64,000 bases of DNA, taken from IMG/VR virus record IMGVR_UViG_3300018080_006410; one strand, written 5' to 3'. Source of the stretch: an uncultured virus (IMG/VR IMGVR_UViG_3300018080_006410) (Duplodnaviria > Heunggongvirae > Uroviricota > Caudoviricetes). Position numbers and translations under genes: made by a program. Under the pieces are notes generated by a model that ran no database searches, was not told the origin of the DNA, and worked only from the letters and a program-made list of their open reading frames with translations. Below are positions 17,846 to 26,684 of the stretch, piece by piece (within the stretch, counting starts at the first letter, position 1; each line of letters starts with the position of its first letter).

Positions 17846-18721
17846 TCAGGAAGACTTTCCTGAAAATCTCCTAATAATCTCGTCTCTCCAGTGCGGCAGC
17901 GCCCATCCCGTCCTGGCCAGCAGCGCCCCGTCCATGCACGAGTTCCGCGGCCTCGGAGACACGACCCCGGGCGCCGACGCCGAATTGTCCCGGACGTACT
18001 CGGCCGTCGAGATGGGAACCACCTCGGCCGAGGCCCTGGCAGCCTGCAGGGCCGCCACCGCCAGCTCGTGCTTGGCGCATCCGCCCCCGGAGCACGAGGC
18101 ATGGAAGGTCCCCGCCAGGCGAGCCTCGCACGTCCACCAGATCGCGTCCGCCAACGCCGTCGCCGACGTCGGGTCGCCCCTCTGGTCGCCCACGACCGTC
18201 AGCGGCTTGCCGGCCCTCGCCATCTCCACCACGCGCTCCGGGAAACCCTTCCCCTCGTCCCCGTACAACCACGTCGTCCGGAGGATGACATGGTTCGGGC
18301 AGTGGGCCCTGACCGCCTCCTCTCCCTTCAGCTTGCTCAGGCCGTAGACCCCGAGAGGACCCGTCTCGTCCCACTCGACGTAGGACCCCGGCTTCTTCCC
18401 GTCGAACACGAAGCTCGTCGAGACGTAGACCATCTTGGACTTGGCCATCGCGCAGGCCACGGCCACGTTGGCCGTCCCGACCCAGTTCGCCGCCATGGCC
18501 CCGACAGGGTCGGCCTGGCAGCCGTCCACGTCCGTCCTGGCCGCGCAGTGGACCACCACGTCGGGCTCGTAGCTCTCCACGGCCACCTGCACGTCGAAAG
18601 GCGCCTCCACGTTCAGCAAAGGCAGGTCCACCCCGAAGACGTCGCACTTTCCGTCCTTCTCGAACCTCCGCATCACGACCTTCCCGAGCTGGCCGTTCGC
18701 ACCCGTCACAAGAACCTTCAT
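17846..18721 (-). CDS. rmlD: dTDP-4-dehydrorhamnose reductase
   Basis: VLVTGANGQLG, HCAARTDVD, VSTSFVFDG, YGLSKLKGE (YxxxK), VVGDQRGDPT. Confidence 0.92.
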   Translation of the reverse strand: MKVLVTGANGQLGKVVMRRFEKDGKCDVFGVDLPLLNVEAPFDVQVAVESYEPDVVVHCAARTDVDGCQADPVGAMAANWVGTANVAVACAMAKSKMVYVSTSFVFDGKKPGSYVEWDETGPLGVYGLSKLKGEEAVRAHCPNHVILRTTWLYGDEGKGFPERVVEMARAGKPLTVVGDQRGDPTSATALADAIWWTCEARLAGTFHASCSGGGCAKHELAVAALQAARASAEVVPISTAEYVRDNSASAPGVVSPRPRNSCMDGALLARTGWALPHWRDEIIRRFSGKSS

Positions 18722-18725
18722 GTCG

Positions 18726-20165
18726 TCATTCCTCGTCCAGGACCCTGCCGTAGAACTCCCTGACCTCCGGGGTCGCCCTCTCCCGCAGCGTCCCCTTCTC
18801 CGCCATTCCCTTCAACTCCAGCATGCACCACCTGTGGGCCCTCCGGTAAGCGTCGACCGCCTCGTCGGCCCGCGTCTTCTGGGCCTCGTGGTCCTCGGCC
18901 CGGTAGACCGTGTCCCTGATGTCGTGCCGGCCCGTGTTCCGCTCGTCGTCGACCCCGAAGGCCAAATTCCTGACATGCTGCTTCATGTTCGCCAAGTACC
19001 GCCTCGGGTCCCGCGGGAACCACCAGGAGCACGCGTTGAAGCCCTGCACGCACTGGTTGCTCGCCCGGCAGTAGCCGGTCACCCTCCTGCCCTGGCGCCC
19101 CACCTCGAACTCGAAGAGCCCGCAGTTGGCGCAGCACCTCGCCTCCTCCAGGCAGAACCGGTTCTTGGCCGGCCTCCGCATCATGAGAAGGCTGATCTCG
19201 CCGTCGGCCGAGTCGTCGACCACCAGGGCCCTCTGGCTGCACATGCAGCATACGAAGATGTGCTCCTCCCCGTAGCCCATCGACTGAGCCATGGCCCATC
19301 CGCATATCGGGCACTCGCACTGCTCGGCGTCCTCCCTGCGGCGCTGCTTCTCCCCCTTCTGCGGAAAGACCGGGATCGCCCACGGGCCCTTCCTGGTCGC
19401 CGCCCTGTAGAGGCGGGCCCCCTTCTCGACCACGAAGGAGAAGGCGGCGTCCAGCGACCCATGGACGTCCTCCGGCCGCTCCGGCCTCTCGTCCGGCATC
19501 CGCTCCATGCCCCGCCAGGACACGTTGCTGTAGGTCCCGTCCGGACGCCTGACCTTGGCCTTGGCGTTCAGGGCCTCCAGAACCCCCTCGCCGAAGGAGC
19601 CCCTCACCCGGTCTCCCGGAAGGAAGGGCGGACGGTCCTCGCCGTCAGCCCGGCACTCCTTGAGGGAGGCCGCGCTCACGACCTTCCCTTCCATCATCTC
19701 CAAAAGCCTCTGAAGGGGCATCTGCTTGTCGGCGACCCTGACGCTGGCGCCGGGCAGGTCCTGCCACCGGGACACCGTATGGAAGGCGTCGACGATCTTC
19801 CCATGGACCTCCTCGCCGATCTCCCGGCCGGCCACCATCCATTTCCGGTCCGAACGCGTCCGCCCCGAGCAGGGCGACCACCAGCCATACCTGGACCTGT
19901 CCTCCATGTCGACCTCGAGATGGCCGTCGTCGGCGGTCCTCACGGAATCGGCCGCCCAGTCGAGCCCGGCGCCGACCAGCGCCTTCCTCGCGATCCCCAG
20001 CGACGGGATGGCCGGCCTCCCCTTCCTCACCCGGGCGAACTTGACCTCCTCGATGCCGGTCTCGGTCTCCACCCCCATCCTCCACGGCTCGGTGTCCCGC
20101 CAGGGCGCGGCCAGAAGGACATCGACCTCCTCGTGGCCCCGCACGCATGTCAGCTTCATCATCAT
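18726..20165 (-). CDS. Multi-domain hypothetical protein with several Zn motifs
   Basis: CPICG...CCMC, CCANC...YCRASNQC...ACSWW. Confidence 0.7.
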   Translation of the reverse strand: MMMKLTCVRGHEEVDVLLAAPWRDTEPWRMGVETETGIEEVKFARVRKGRPAIPSLGIARKALVGAGLDWAADSVRTADDGHLEVDMEDRSRYGWWSPCSGRTRSDRKWMVAGREIGEEVHGKIVDAFHTVSRWQDLPGASVRVADKQMPLQRLLEMMEGKVVSAASLKECRADGEDRPPFLPGDRVRGSFGEGVLEALNAKAKVRRPDGTYSNVSWRGMERMPDERPERPEDVHGSLDAAFSFVVEKGARLYRAATRKGPWAIPVFPQKGEKQRRREDAEQCECPICGWAMAQSMGYGEEHIFVCCMCSQRALVVDDSADGEISLLMMRRPAKNRFCLEEARCCANCGLFEFEVGRQGRRVTGYCRASNQCVQGFNACSWWFPRDPRRYLANMKQHVRNLAFGVDDERNTGRHDIRDTVYRAEDHEAQKTRADEAVDAYRRAHRWCMLELKGMAEKGTLRERATPEVREFYGRVLDEE

Positions 20166-20434
20166 GTCGTCACCTCCTGTCCCACTATACGCCTCCGGGC
20201 CAGCTTCCCGTCGCGCCTCTCGTTGAAGAGCGTGCTGGAGCAGCCGGAGCCCATCATCGGATAGCTGGCCCCCCGCTCGCGCTCCACGATCTCGTCGTGA
20301 AGAGAGCAGAGGTCGTCATCCGTCAGGAACCGGCAGGGGCCGCTGCCGCTGGCGCCGGCATGCAGCCCGTAGAGGCACGGGCGCTGCCGACAGCAAAAGC
20401 CGCATTGGACGCAAGAACCGTCATCCTCGGTCAC
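20162..20434 (-). CDS. YkgJ/FliB-like cysteine-cluster (Zn or Fe-S) protein
   Basis: CVQCGFCC...CRFL...CSLH. Confidence 0.7.
   Translation of the reverse strand: MTEDDGSCVQCGFCCRQRPCLYGLHAGASGSGPCRFLTDDDLCSLHDEIVERERGASYPMMGSGCSSTLFNERRDGKLARRRIVGQEVTT
20184..20193 (-). promoter_or_regulatory. Class 2 promoter-like -10 motif (GGCGTATAGT)
   Basis: About 20 nt upstream of the ATG at 20165. Confidence 0.45.
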
Positions 20435-20664
20435 GGGCCCGTCTCCCTCGGCAGGCGCTCCTTCGTCTCTCCCAGATCAACACCCAGCTTGCCCAGGAGC
20501 CACTTCACCCCTCGGCGATGGCATCTGGAGTCCCCGTTCAGATAGCCAATCTGCGGATCGTCGCAAACGCCCTCCTCGGACTCGCCGTTGTAGACGCAGT
20601 CGTGGTAGGGGCACGGCGTCGGGATCGACGGGATATGGTTACTACTGAGAATCACGTTAATCAT
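20431..20664 (-). CDS. Small Cys-rich hypothetical protein
   Basis: ORF track. Confidence 0.55.
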   Translation of the reverse strand: MINVILSSNHIPSIPTPCPYHDCVYNGESEEGVCDDPQIGYLNGDSRCHRRGVKWLLGKLGVDLGETKERLPRETGP

Positions 20665-21080
20665 GATCCGCCCTCCTTCCCGGCAGCGTCCGCCTTCCTC
20701 TCCTCACGCGTGTCCACCAGCCCTTTTACGAACTCCTGCACCTGCCGCAGCTCGTCGCCGGTGAGCTTCCTCCAGGGGTAGTCCTCCAGCTTCCGGGCCA
20801 GGCGGGAGCGCCGGCGCTCCTCGACCGCGACCCGGATCGCCTCGTCGTCATAGGGATCGATGCGCCCCGAATAGAAGTCGGAGGAGGAGGAACCGCTCAC
20901 CTTCCCGCTCCGCTTGAGGTAGCTCCCGACATACTGGCCGTCACGACCAAAGGCCACCCTCCAGAGCGTCTTGGTCTCGCCCGTGATCTCGCCACCGACG
21001 ATGCGCCCCTGCGCCATGAGGCCGCCCGGGACCACCGTCACCTTGTCGCCGACCTTCAGATTGTCAAGCCACTCAGACAT
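20661..21080 (-). CDS. Beta-barrel (KOW-like) hypothetical protein
   Basis: WLDNLKVGDKVTV. Confidence 0.65.
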   Translation of the reverse strand: MSEWLDNLKVGDKVTVVPGGLMAQGRIVGGEITGETKTLWRVAFGRDGQYVGSYLKRSGKVSGSSSSDFYSGRIDPYDDEAIRVAVEERRRSRLARKLEDYPWRKLTGDELRQVQEFVKGLVDTREERKADAAGKEGGS

Positions 21081-21712
21081 CACTCGCCTCCTTCGTCGAG
21101 CCACTCCCGCAGCTCGTCGTCGCTGAGGGGGCTCAAGGTCTGCACCTTCGTCCAGTATCCGTGGTTCGTGTAATCCTGGCCCGCAAGGTCGAGCTCGGCC
21201 ATGCGAGGCCAGTCGCCACGGAGGTGGGCCCTCACCCGCTCCCTCACCATCTCGTCCACCGTCATCCTCTCCGACGTCCCGGTCATGATCCCCTTCCCAT
21301 GCCGCCTCTGCCGCTTCCGGTGGGCCACGACAGCCCTTCCAGCCGCGCTCCTCATGCCCCTTATCACCCCGATCACGGTCATCTTGCAGGAGTGGCAGAG
21401 CCAGGTGCCCTCGCTCCCAATAATGTGGAGAGGGAGGAACTGGACCTCCGTCTCCGCCCCGCACGCCGAGCACACGCCGGCCTCCTCCTCGCGAGACTTC
21501 CTGCACCCGACGCAGACAGGGCCCTCGTCGCCGGAACGGCTCGGCTCGGCCTCGACCAGCCTCCCGTCCCGACCGAACCGGACGTCGGGCTCCGCGTCGA
21601 AGTCGTGGTCATCCTCGGCCCGGCACTTCGCGCAGACGACGTTCCTGTCGCCGTTCGGGTCCTCGTCGAGGCAGTTCAGCTCGGTCCCGCAATTAAGGCA
21701 ATACTCGCTCAT
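21080..21712 (-). CDS. Multi-Zn-finger hypothetical protein
   Basis: CLNCG, CAKC, CSACG, LCHSC. Confidence 0.65.
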   Translation of the reverse strand: MSEYCLNCGTELNCLDEDPNGDRNVVCAKCRAEDDHDFDAEPDVRFGRDGRLVEAEPSRSGDEGPVCVGCRKSREEEAGVCSACGAETEVQFLPLHIIGSEGTWLCHSCKMTVIGVIRGMRSAAGRAVVAHRKRQRRHGKGIMTGTSERMTVDEMVRERVRAHLRGDWPRMAELDLAGQDYTNHGYWTKVQTLSPLSDDELREWLDEGGE

Positions 21713-21863
21713 CAGTCGACCTCCTCCACTATCAGCCCGGCCACGCAAAGCAGCCGGAAAACCTTCTCGCGACTCTTGATCCAGGCCTGAAGGTCGAACT
21801 CGGGCCCCACCCGAAACAGGTAAGACTCGTGCCCGTCGTCGAACCTGGCAAAGACCAGCCTCA

Positions 21864-22127
21864 TCACACACCCTCCATCAGGATTACCTCTTCGCCGGAC
21901 GCAGCGATCTCGCCGACCTCTCCCGGGCTGATGTCAATCCCCATCATGGCCGGCTGGAAGACCCTCGCCCCGCAGCGGCGGCACTCGTAGAGGTCACCCT
22001 TGTAGGCCCGCCTCATCGCGCCGCCCGGACACACCACCATCGCGTCGTTCCTGACGACGCGCATGGTGTCCAGGCACCCCACGCAGAACGGAACCCCGGC
22101 CATGATGCACTTGCTCCCATCCATCAC
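21864..22127 (-). CDS. Zn-ribbon hypothetical protein
   Basis: CVGC...GDLYECRRCG. Confidence 0.6.
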   Translation of the reverse strand: MMDGSKCIMAGVPFCVGCLDTMRVVRNDAMVVCPGGAMRRAYKGDLYECRRCGARVFQPAMMGIDISPGEVGEIAASGEEVILMEGV

Positions 22128-22454
22128 TCACCTCCTGTGCGGGACCAGCTCTGCTTCATCAGCTCGTCCCGGCAGCGCTGGCAGAGCCGGACCTCCAGCG
22201 TGCGAAGGCTCGACCTGCCCTTCACCACGTACACCTTCCGATGGGGACGCAGGCAGAAGTTGCAGGAGCCGTCACGGCCCCTGTCGGCCCATCTCGCCGT
22301 CAACCCGTCCCTCTCGTCCGCGTCCATCAGGTCGCCTCCCGAATCAAAGCGTTGCCGTTCCGCCGCGCCCGCCTGTTGGCGAGCCTCTTGTTGGACTTGA
22401 CCCACGCCCGGCTCAGGGCCTGGCGGTCGTTCCTGTGAGTTCTCAACAGCCTCG

Positions 22455-22997
22455 TCATCCCACGTCCCTCCCGGCTTTCAATCTCACGCTCTCCCCAACC
22501 ACGCGCCGAACAACGTAGCTGGAAATCCCCAGCTCACGACCCAGCTCGGCAAAGGTCTCTCCCTGCAAACAATGACGCCGAACCACCTCCATGGCCAACG
22601 GCTTGGGAATCTCAAGGCGGGGGCGTCCCCGCGTCCTCCTCTTCGTGATGCCCTTCTTCCACCCGACACCCCTCTTCCGACACCACACGACGCCGCCATC
22701 CTTCAACCGCCTGGCCAGCGTCTGTCTCGGAAGCCCCATGCCCTCGGCTATCCTCGAAATCGGCTCCCCGTCGACAAATCGTCTCCGGAAAGCCTCCTCC
22801 ATGGCCTCTTCCGCGAACTCGATTCTGGGGCGCCCGCGCCCCTCCGGCTCGGGCGGCAACTCGGCCAGCGCCGCCTGTGCCTTTTCGCTCAACCCCAGGG
22901 CAATTCCGCGCTCGTCCGCCCCTTCAGGCAGCCGCATGGCGAGGCGCCTCATCGCAGCGCCCACCATCTCCAGCTCTTTTCTCGACTCGATGTTCAT
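22455..22997 (-). CDS. DNA-binding protein with two GRPR + Hin-like HTH modules
   Basis: GRPRIEF...ISRIAEGMGLPRQTLARRL; GRPRLEI...FAELGRELGISSYVVRRVV. Confidence 0.75.
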   Translation of the reverse strand: MNIESRKELEMVGAAMRRLAMRLPEGADERGIALGLSEKAQAALAELPPEPEGRGRPRIEFAEEAMEEAFRRRFVDGEPISRIAEGMGLPRQTLARRLKDGGVVWCRKRGVGWKKGITKRRTRGRPRLEIPKPLAMEVVRRHCLQGETFAELGRELGISSYVVRRVVGESVRLKAGRDVG

Positions 22998-23023
22998 CTA
23001 GCTCCTCCTGACAGTCTCTACCC

Positions 23024-23053
23024 CCATATTGCCAAAAAGAGTCAGTTTTCCAC
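23024..23053 (-). promoter_or_regulatory. Class 1 promoter-like motif GTGGAAAAC-N8-TTTGGCAATATGG, copy 1
   Basis: ccatattgccaaa-aagagtca-gttttccac, 27 nt upstream of the ATG at 22997. Confidence 0.8.
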
Positions 23054-23065
23054 TCGGAGCGCCAA

Positions 23066-23494
23066 CTATTTTCCCCGAGGAACGTGCCTGAGGCCCCCGA
23101 ATCGCCTTCCCCGGTAGTCGTCGACAGCGTCCTTGTTGTCGTCATACCAGGCCTTCCCGCCCTCGTCGATCGTCCGGGTGACGACGGCGTTCGAGAGCTT
23201 GAGCCTCTCGGCGATGGCCGCCATGCTCATCTCGGTCAGGTAGTACCGGAACAGGATGGTCTCCTTGGTCTCATCCGGGAGCGCCTTCCTGGGCCTGCCT
23301 CTCTTCCCGCCCACCCTCGACAGCGGGAACCTCTCCCGGAGCTCGGCCATGGCCTCCTGCCGGATGTCCGAGGCCAGCCTGGCCTTCCCGGTGCCGTGGC
23401 CGCCGCGGTCCATCTCGACCTCCGAGTCGATGACGGCCTCCATGCCCTCCTTGACCAGCAGCAGCTTCCTCCTGGACTCGATCTTCATCACCAA
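23066..23494 (-). CDS. DNA-binding protein with one GRPR + HTH module
   Basis: KRGRPRK...SMAAIAERLKLSNAVVTRTI. Confidence 0.7.
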   Translation of the reverse strand: MVMKIESRRKLLLVKEGMEAVIDSEVEMDRGGHGTGKARLASDIRQEAMAELRERFPLSRVGGKRGRPRKALPDETKETILFRYYLTEMSMAAIAERLKLSNAVVTRTIDEGGKAWYDDNKDAVDDYRGRRFGGLRHVPRGK

Positions 23495-23967
23495 AGGTCC
23501 TCGCTCGTCAAGTTGCGGACAATCTCGGAAGTCTGCCCGTGCTCATGGGCGTAGATGGCCGCCGCCTCCCTCGACAGGAAGACTCCCTTCTCGGTCACGA
23601 AGCCCTGCTCGTGCCGCCTGACCGGCGGCTCGCACCCGGCCTCGATCATCCTGGCGATGATCCAGCCATGCCGAGTTCCCCGGTAAACCTTGCCATCCCG
23701 CTGGCACGCGGCAGCCACGAGGCCCTTCCACTCGGTCCTCAGGGGGCGCTTCCACATGTCGGGCCTGATCGGGTGCCTCTCGTACCAGCGATCCAGGACC
23801 GTCCCACACTCCGGACACCAGTAGACGTACTCGTCGGCCGTCCCCGTGCAACGGCAGGACATCTCCTCCATGGTCTCGCCACAGGTGTCGCACTCCTCGT
23901 CGAACACGTAGGCCGAACCGCCCTCGTGCCACTTCAGGTGCGGAGCTTCCTTGACGACCTCTTTCAC
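23488..23967 (-). CDS. Phage hypothetical protein (Zn ribbon + QGFVT...SEDLW domain)
   Basis: RH...EQGFVTEKGVFLSREAA...LTSEDLW, a common phage family pattern. Confidence 0.7.
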   Translation of the reverse strand: MKEVVKEAPHLKWHEGGSAYVFDEECDTCGETMEEMSCRCTGTADEYVYWCPECGTVLDRWYERHPIRPDMWKRPLRTEWKGLVAAACQRDGKVYRGTRHGWIIARMIEAGCEPPVRRHEQGFVTEKGVFLSREAAAIYAHEHGQTSEIVRNLTSEDLW

Positions 23968-24203
23968 CTCATCGCCTCCGCCTGCACTCTCAGACTGTTC
24001 GCGTCAGTCCAGTTGCCAACGTTCACGCTCTGATCGTCCCTCGTCATCTCGCCATCGTCCCACCTCGTCGGGATGGTAAACTCGATGCCTGTCTTCACGC
24101 GGTCGTAGCCCCGAACCTCGTCGGTCGCCTCGACCTCCTCGACGCCGAACTTGTCCATCAGATCGGCAAGCTCAAGTAGGAATTGCTTTGCGTCAGTCAT
24201 CAT
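23964..24203 (-). CDS. Small hypothetical protein
   Basis: MMTDAKQFLLELADLMDKF. Confidence 0.55.
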   Translation of the reverse strand: MMTDAKQFLLELADLMDKFGVEEVEATDEVRGYDRVKTGIEFTIPTRWDDGEMTRDDQSVNVGNWTDANSLRVQAEAMR

Positions 24204-24336
24204 CTCTCCTTGCGAACACGTTCTCGAACTCCCGAATACGGTCGGAGAAAGCCTCCAAGGCCTTCTCCTTCGGCCCCTCGTCAACAACCTTCATCGCCTG
24301 GCCTCCACGTCATAGACGCGCTTGTCCTCCCACGGC

Positions 24337-24639
24337 TCACCTCTCCCTCTTCGCCATCGCCTCGGCGTAGCCCGACAGCTCCTCGGCCCTCTTCCGGTCC
24401 ATCGCAAGCAGCGTCAGCGGACGCCGATCTCCAGGCGCCAGGAACACCTCCAGCTCCCGCTCGTCGAACGCGAAGGCGGCCGCGTCGAACGGGCCGTTCT
24501 CAACCACCGCCACGACGCCCATGCCCTCGGCGTAGGCCCGTCTCGCCGCCTCGGCCGTCGGAAGCACCGTGACACCCTCCTCGTGCGTCCGGATGTACTG
24601 AGCCTTGCCTCTCATCGGTCCCTGGATGTAGTATCCCAT
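24337..24639 (-). CDS. Hypothetical protein
   Basis: VVENGPFDAAAFAFDERE. Confidence 0.65.
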   Translation of the reverse strand: MGYYIQGPMRGKAQYIRTHEEGVTVLPTAEAARRAYAEGMGVVAVVENGPFDAAAFAFDERELEVFLAPGDRRPLTLLAMDRKRAEELSGYAEAMAKRER

Positions 24640-24824
24640 CTCATCTCCCCTTCAGCTTGTTCGCGGGCTCGAACTTCCCGCAGTTGCAGATGTGCCGGCA
24701 GCACCGGCAGTTCTTGCAGAACCTGGTCGTTCCGAACATGCACATCGTACAAAGTACTCCACGGATTTTCTCACCGCTCAACTTCGTGCTCCAGGTCTTC
24801 ACGTCGTCACCTCCACAGAGTCGC

Positions 24825-25874
24825 TCACCCGATGTTGATCGTGACATGCGCCCCGGCCGCCACATAGACAACCTTGCCGCCCAGCCGCAGGATCGCAGCC
24901 ACCCCCTCCTCGGACCCCGGCGCCAACCGGACATCCTCAGCGGACGCCTCGGGAACCACCTCTGGCGCCTTCACGCCCTCACTTGCCGCCGGAGCCTTCG
25001 GAACGGCCACCTCCGCGTTCTTCTCGGACCACGACGCGTCGGCCTCGACGCCCACGGACGCCAGCGAAGCCCCGACATTCTCCCCCATCTCCTCGTTGTA
25101 GAGGTCGACGGCCTTGCAGATGCGCCCCCACTGGAGCACCCCGCAGTTGGCAATGATGTCGTCACCCTTCTCGTCCGAGCCCCGCACGAACAGGGTACTC
25201 TGGACAGGAGACCCCTTCCACTTCGGCTTGGTACTCGAAACCAAGGCCACCCCCGCCTCGGGAACGCTGAAGCACCTCGGAGTCTCGGGCCGAGTCCACG
25301 CGAAATTCTCCCCGCGCAGCTTCTGCTCCACGATCCTGAACCGAACTCGGCCCTTCTCTATCGCCATCGCCTTCAGCCCGAGCCACTCCCCGCCGCACGA
25401 CCACCTTTCAGCCCCAGGCTCACTGGAGGCGGGAACGGGAACCAAAGGCGCCGACTCCTCCAGGGAAGCCCCCACGCCCCCGACGTTCCGCCCCATCTCC
25501 TCATTGTAGCTCTCAACGGCCGTGCAGATGCGCCCCCACTGGAGCACCCCGCACTTGCAGCTCGTGCCATCCGCACCCCGCTCCGAGCCCCGCACGAACA
25601 AGTTGCACTCCAAATCGGACGTGGAGAAACCGATCCTGTCATCCGAGATGAGCACCATCCGCGCCTCGGGAACGCTGAAGCACCTCGGAGTCTCAGGCCG
25701 AGTCCACGCGAAATTCTCCCCGCGCAGCTTCTGCTCCACGATCCTGAACCGAACGGCGCTTTTATACACCGACAGCGCGTCAACGCGGAGCCACTCCCCG
25801 CCGCACGACATCTGGATCGGCTCTCCAAACGCGTCCACCAACGTCTCACCGGGTGCCAAGTCCCTTACGTGCAT
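24825..25874 (-). CDS. Hypothetical protein with two ~105-aa internal repeats (paralog A)
   Basis: SCGGEWL...RFRIVEQKLRG...LFVRGS...WGRICxAVxxYNEEM twice. Confidence 0.8.
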   Translation of the reverse strand: MHVRDLAPGETLVDAFGEPIQMSCGGEWLRVDALSVYKSAVRFRIVEQKLRGENFAWTRPETPRCFSVPEARMVLISDDRIGFSTSDLECNLFVRGSERGADGTSCKCGVLQWGRICTAVESYNEEMGRNVGGVGASLEESAPLVPVPASSEPGAERWSCGGEWLGLKAMAIEKGRVRFRIVEQKLRGENFAWTRPETPRCFSVPEAGVALVSSTKPKWKGSPVQSTLFVRGSDEKGDDIIANCGVLQWGRICKAVDLYNEEMGENVGASLASVGVEADASWSEKNAEVAVPKAPAASEGVKAPEVVPEASAEDVRLAPGSEEGVAAILRLGGKVVYVAAGAHVTINIG

Positions 25875-25887
25875 CGTCCTTCTCCTT

Positions 25888-25932
25888 TGTCTGCCCTGTC
25901 TGCCTTGTCTGCCTTGTCTGCCTTGTCTGCCT
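25888..25932. repeat. 9-bp tandem repeat x5 (TGTCTGCCY) in the 5' leader
   Basis: Between the class 1 motif and the RBS of the 25874 gene. Confidence 0.9.
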
Positions 25933-25941
25933 TGTTCTACC

Positions 25942-25971
25942 CCATATTGCCAAAAGAGCGAAGTTTTCCAC
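25942..25971 (-). promoter_or_regulatory. Class 1 promoter-like motif, copy 2
   Basis: ccatattgccaaa-agagcgaa-gttttccac. Confidence 0.8.
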
Positions 25972-25992
25972 ACGTCCCGCGAATTATTTTTC

Positions 25993-26508
25993 TCATTTCT
26001 TCCCGCCACCAGCCGGCGGAAGCCCCTTCCGACCATTCGCCGAAGCCAGCTTCCTGCGGAGCCTGGCACCCTCCCTCGCCTCCAGGAGCGCTATCTTCGT
26101 CGCCAACCTGACAAGGTGCTTGCGCTTGATCCTGTCACTCGCGTCCAGCTTGGACACCGGCGTCCTCAGCGCTATCTCAAGGGCGCGACGTGCCGAGTTG
26201 ACACTCCTGCTCATGTGGCTGTTGCTGACGACGACACGCTCGCTGTCGTTCGCCACCACGAAAGCCTTCCCCCTATCGCATATCAACTGCACCACCCGCT
26301 CCGCCTCCAGGCGCTTCCGCCACCCGGAGACGACGGTTCCCCACCGATGGCTATCACGTCGAACCCCCAGCATCCTCTCTATCTCCAGATACGGGATTCG
26401 GTTCCCCTCCGACACATCCACCTTGTCGAGCAACAGCTCGACGTCCGGAGGAACCGGAATGCCCGCGAAATACATGGCCTGCTTCTGTCCCATCTGCCCA
26501 TCCTCCAT
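25993..26508 (-). CDS. Basic hypothetical protein, possibly winged-helix (paralog of 27810-28328)
   Basis: FAGIPVPPDVELLL...IPYLEIE...WRKRLEAE. Confidence 0.75.
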   Translation of the reverse strand: MEDGQMGQKQAMYFAGIPVPPDVELLLDKVDVSEGNRIPYLEIERMLGVRRDSHRWGTVVSGWRKRLEAERVVQLICDRGKAFVVANDSERVVVSNSHMSRSVNSARRALEIALRTPVSKLDASDRIKRKHLVRLATKIALLEAREGARLRRKLASANGRKGLPPAGGGKK

Positions 26509-26516
26509 TTCCTCTG

Positions 26517-26663
26517 TCACGTCACACTCCCGGATTGCCTGACGGGCAAGGTCATCCCTTCGCACGCCCGGCCGACATGGCTCCTGAACGCCTCGACCAC
26601 ATCGCACAGCGCGCCCCTGATCCTCTCGCCGCTCAACTTCTTGCTCCAGGTCTTCGCCTTCAC
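26517..26663 (-). CDS. 48-aa chimeric ORF at the duplication junction
   Basis: VKAKTWSKKLSGERIRGAL (as in the ~24641-24802 gene) fused to CDVVEAFRSHVGRACEGMTLPVRQSGSVT (as at the end of 28337-28702). Confidence 0.6.
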   Translation of the reverse strand: MKAKTWSKKLSGERIRGALCDVVEAFRSHVGRACEGMTLPVRQSGSVT

Positions 26664-26684
26664 AAGTCACCTCCACAGAGTCGC

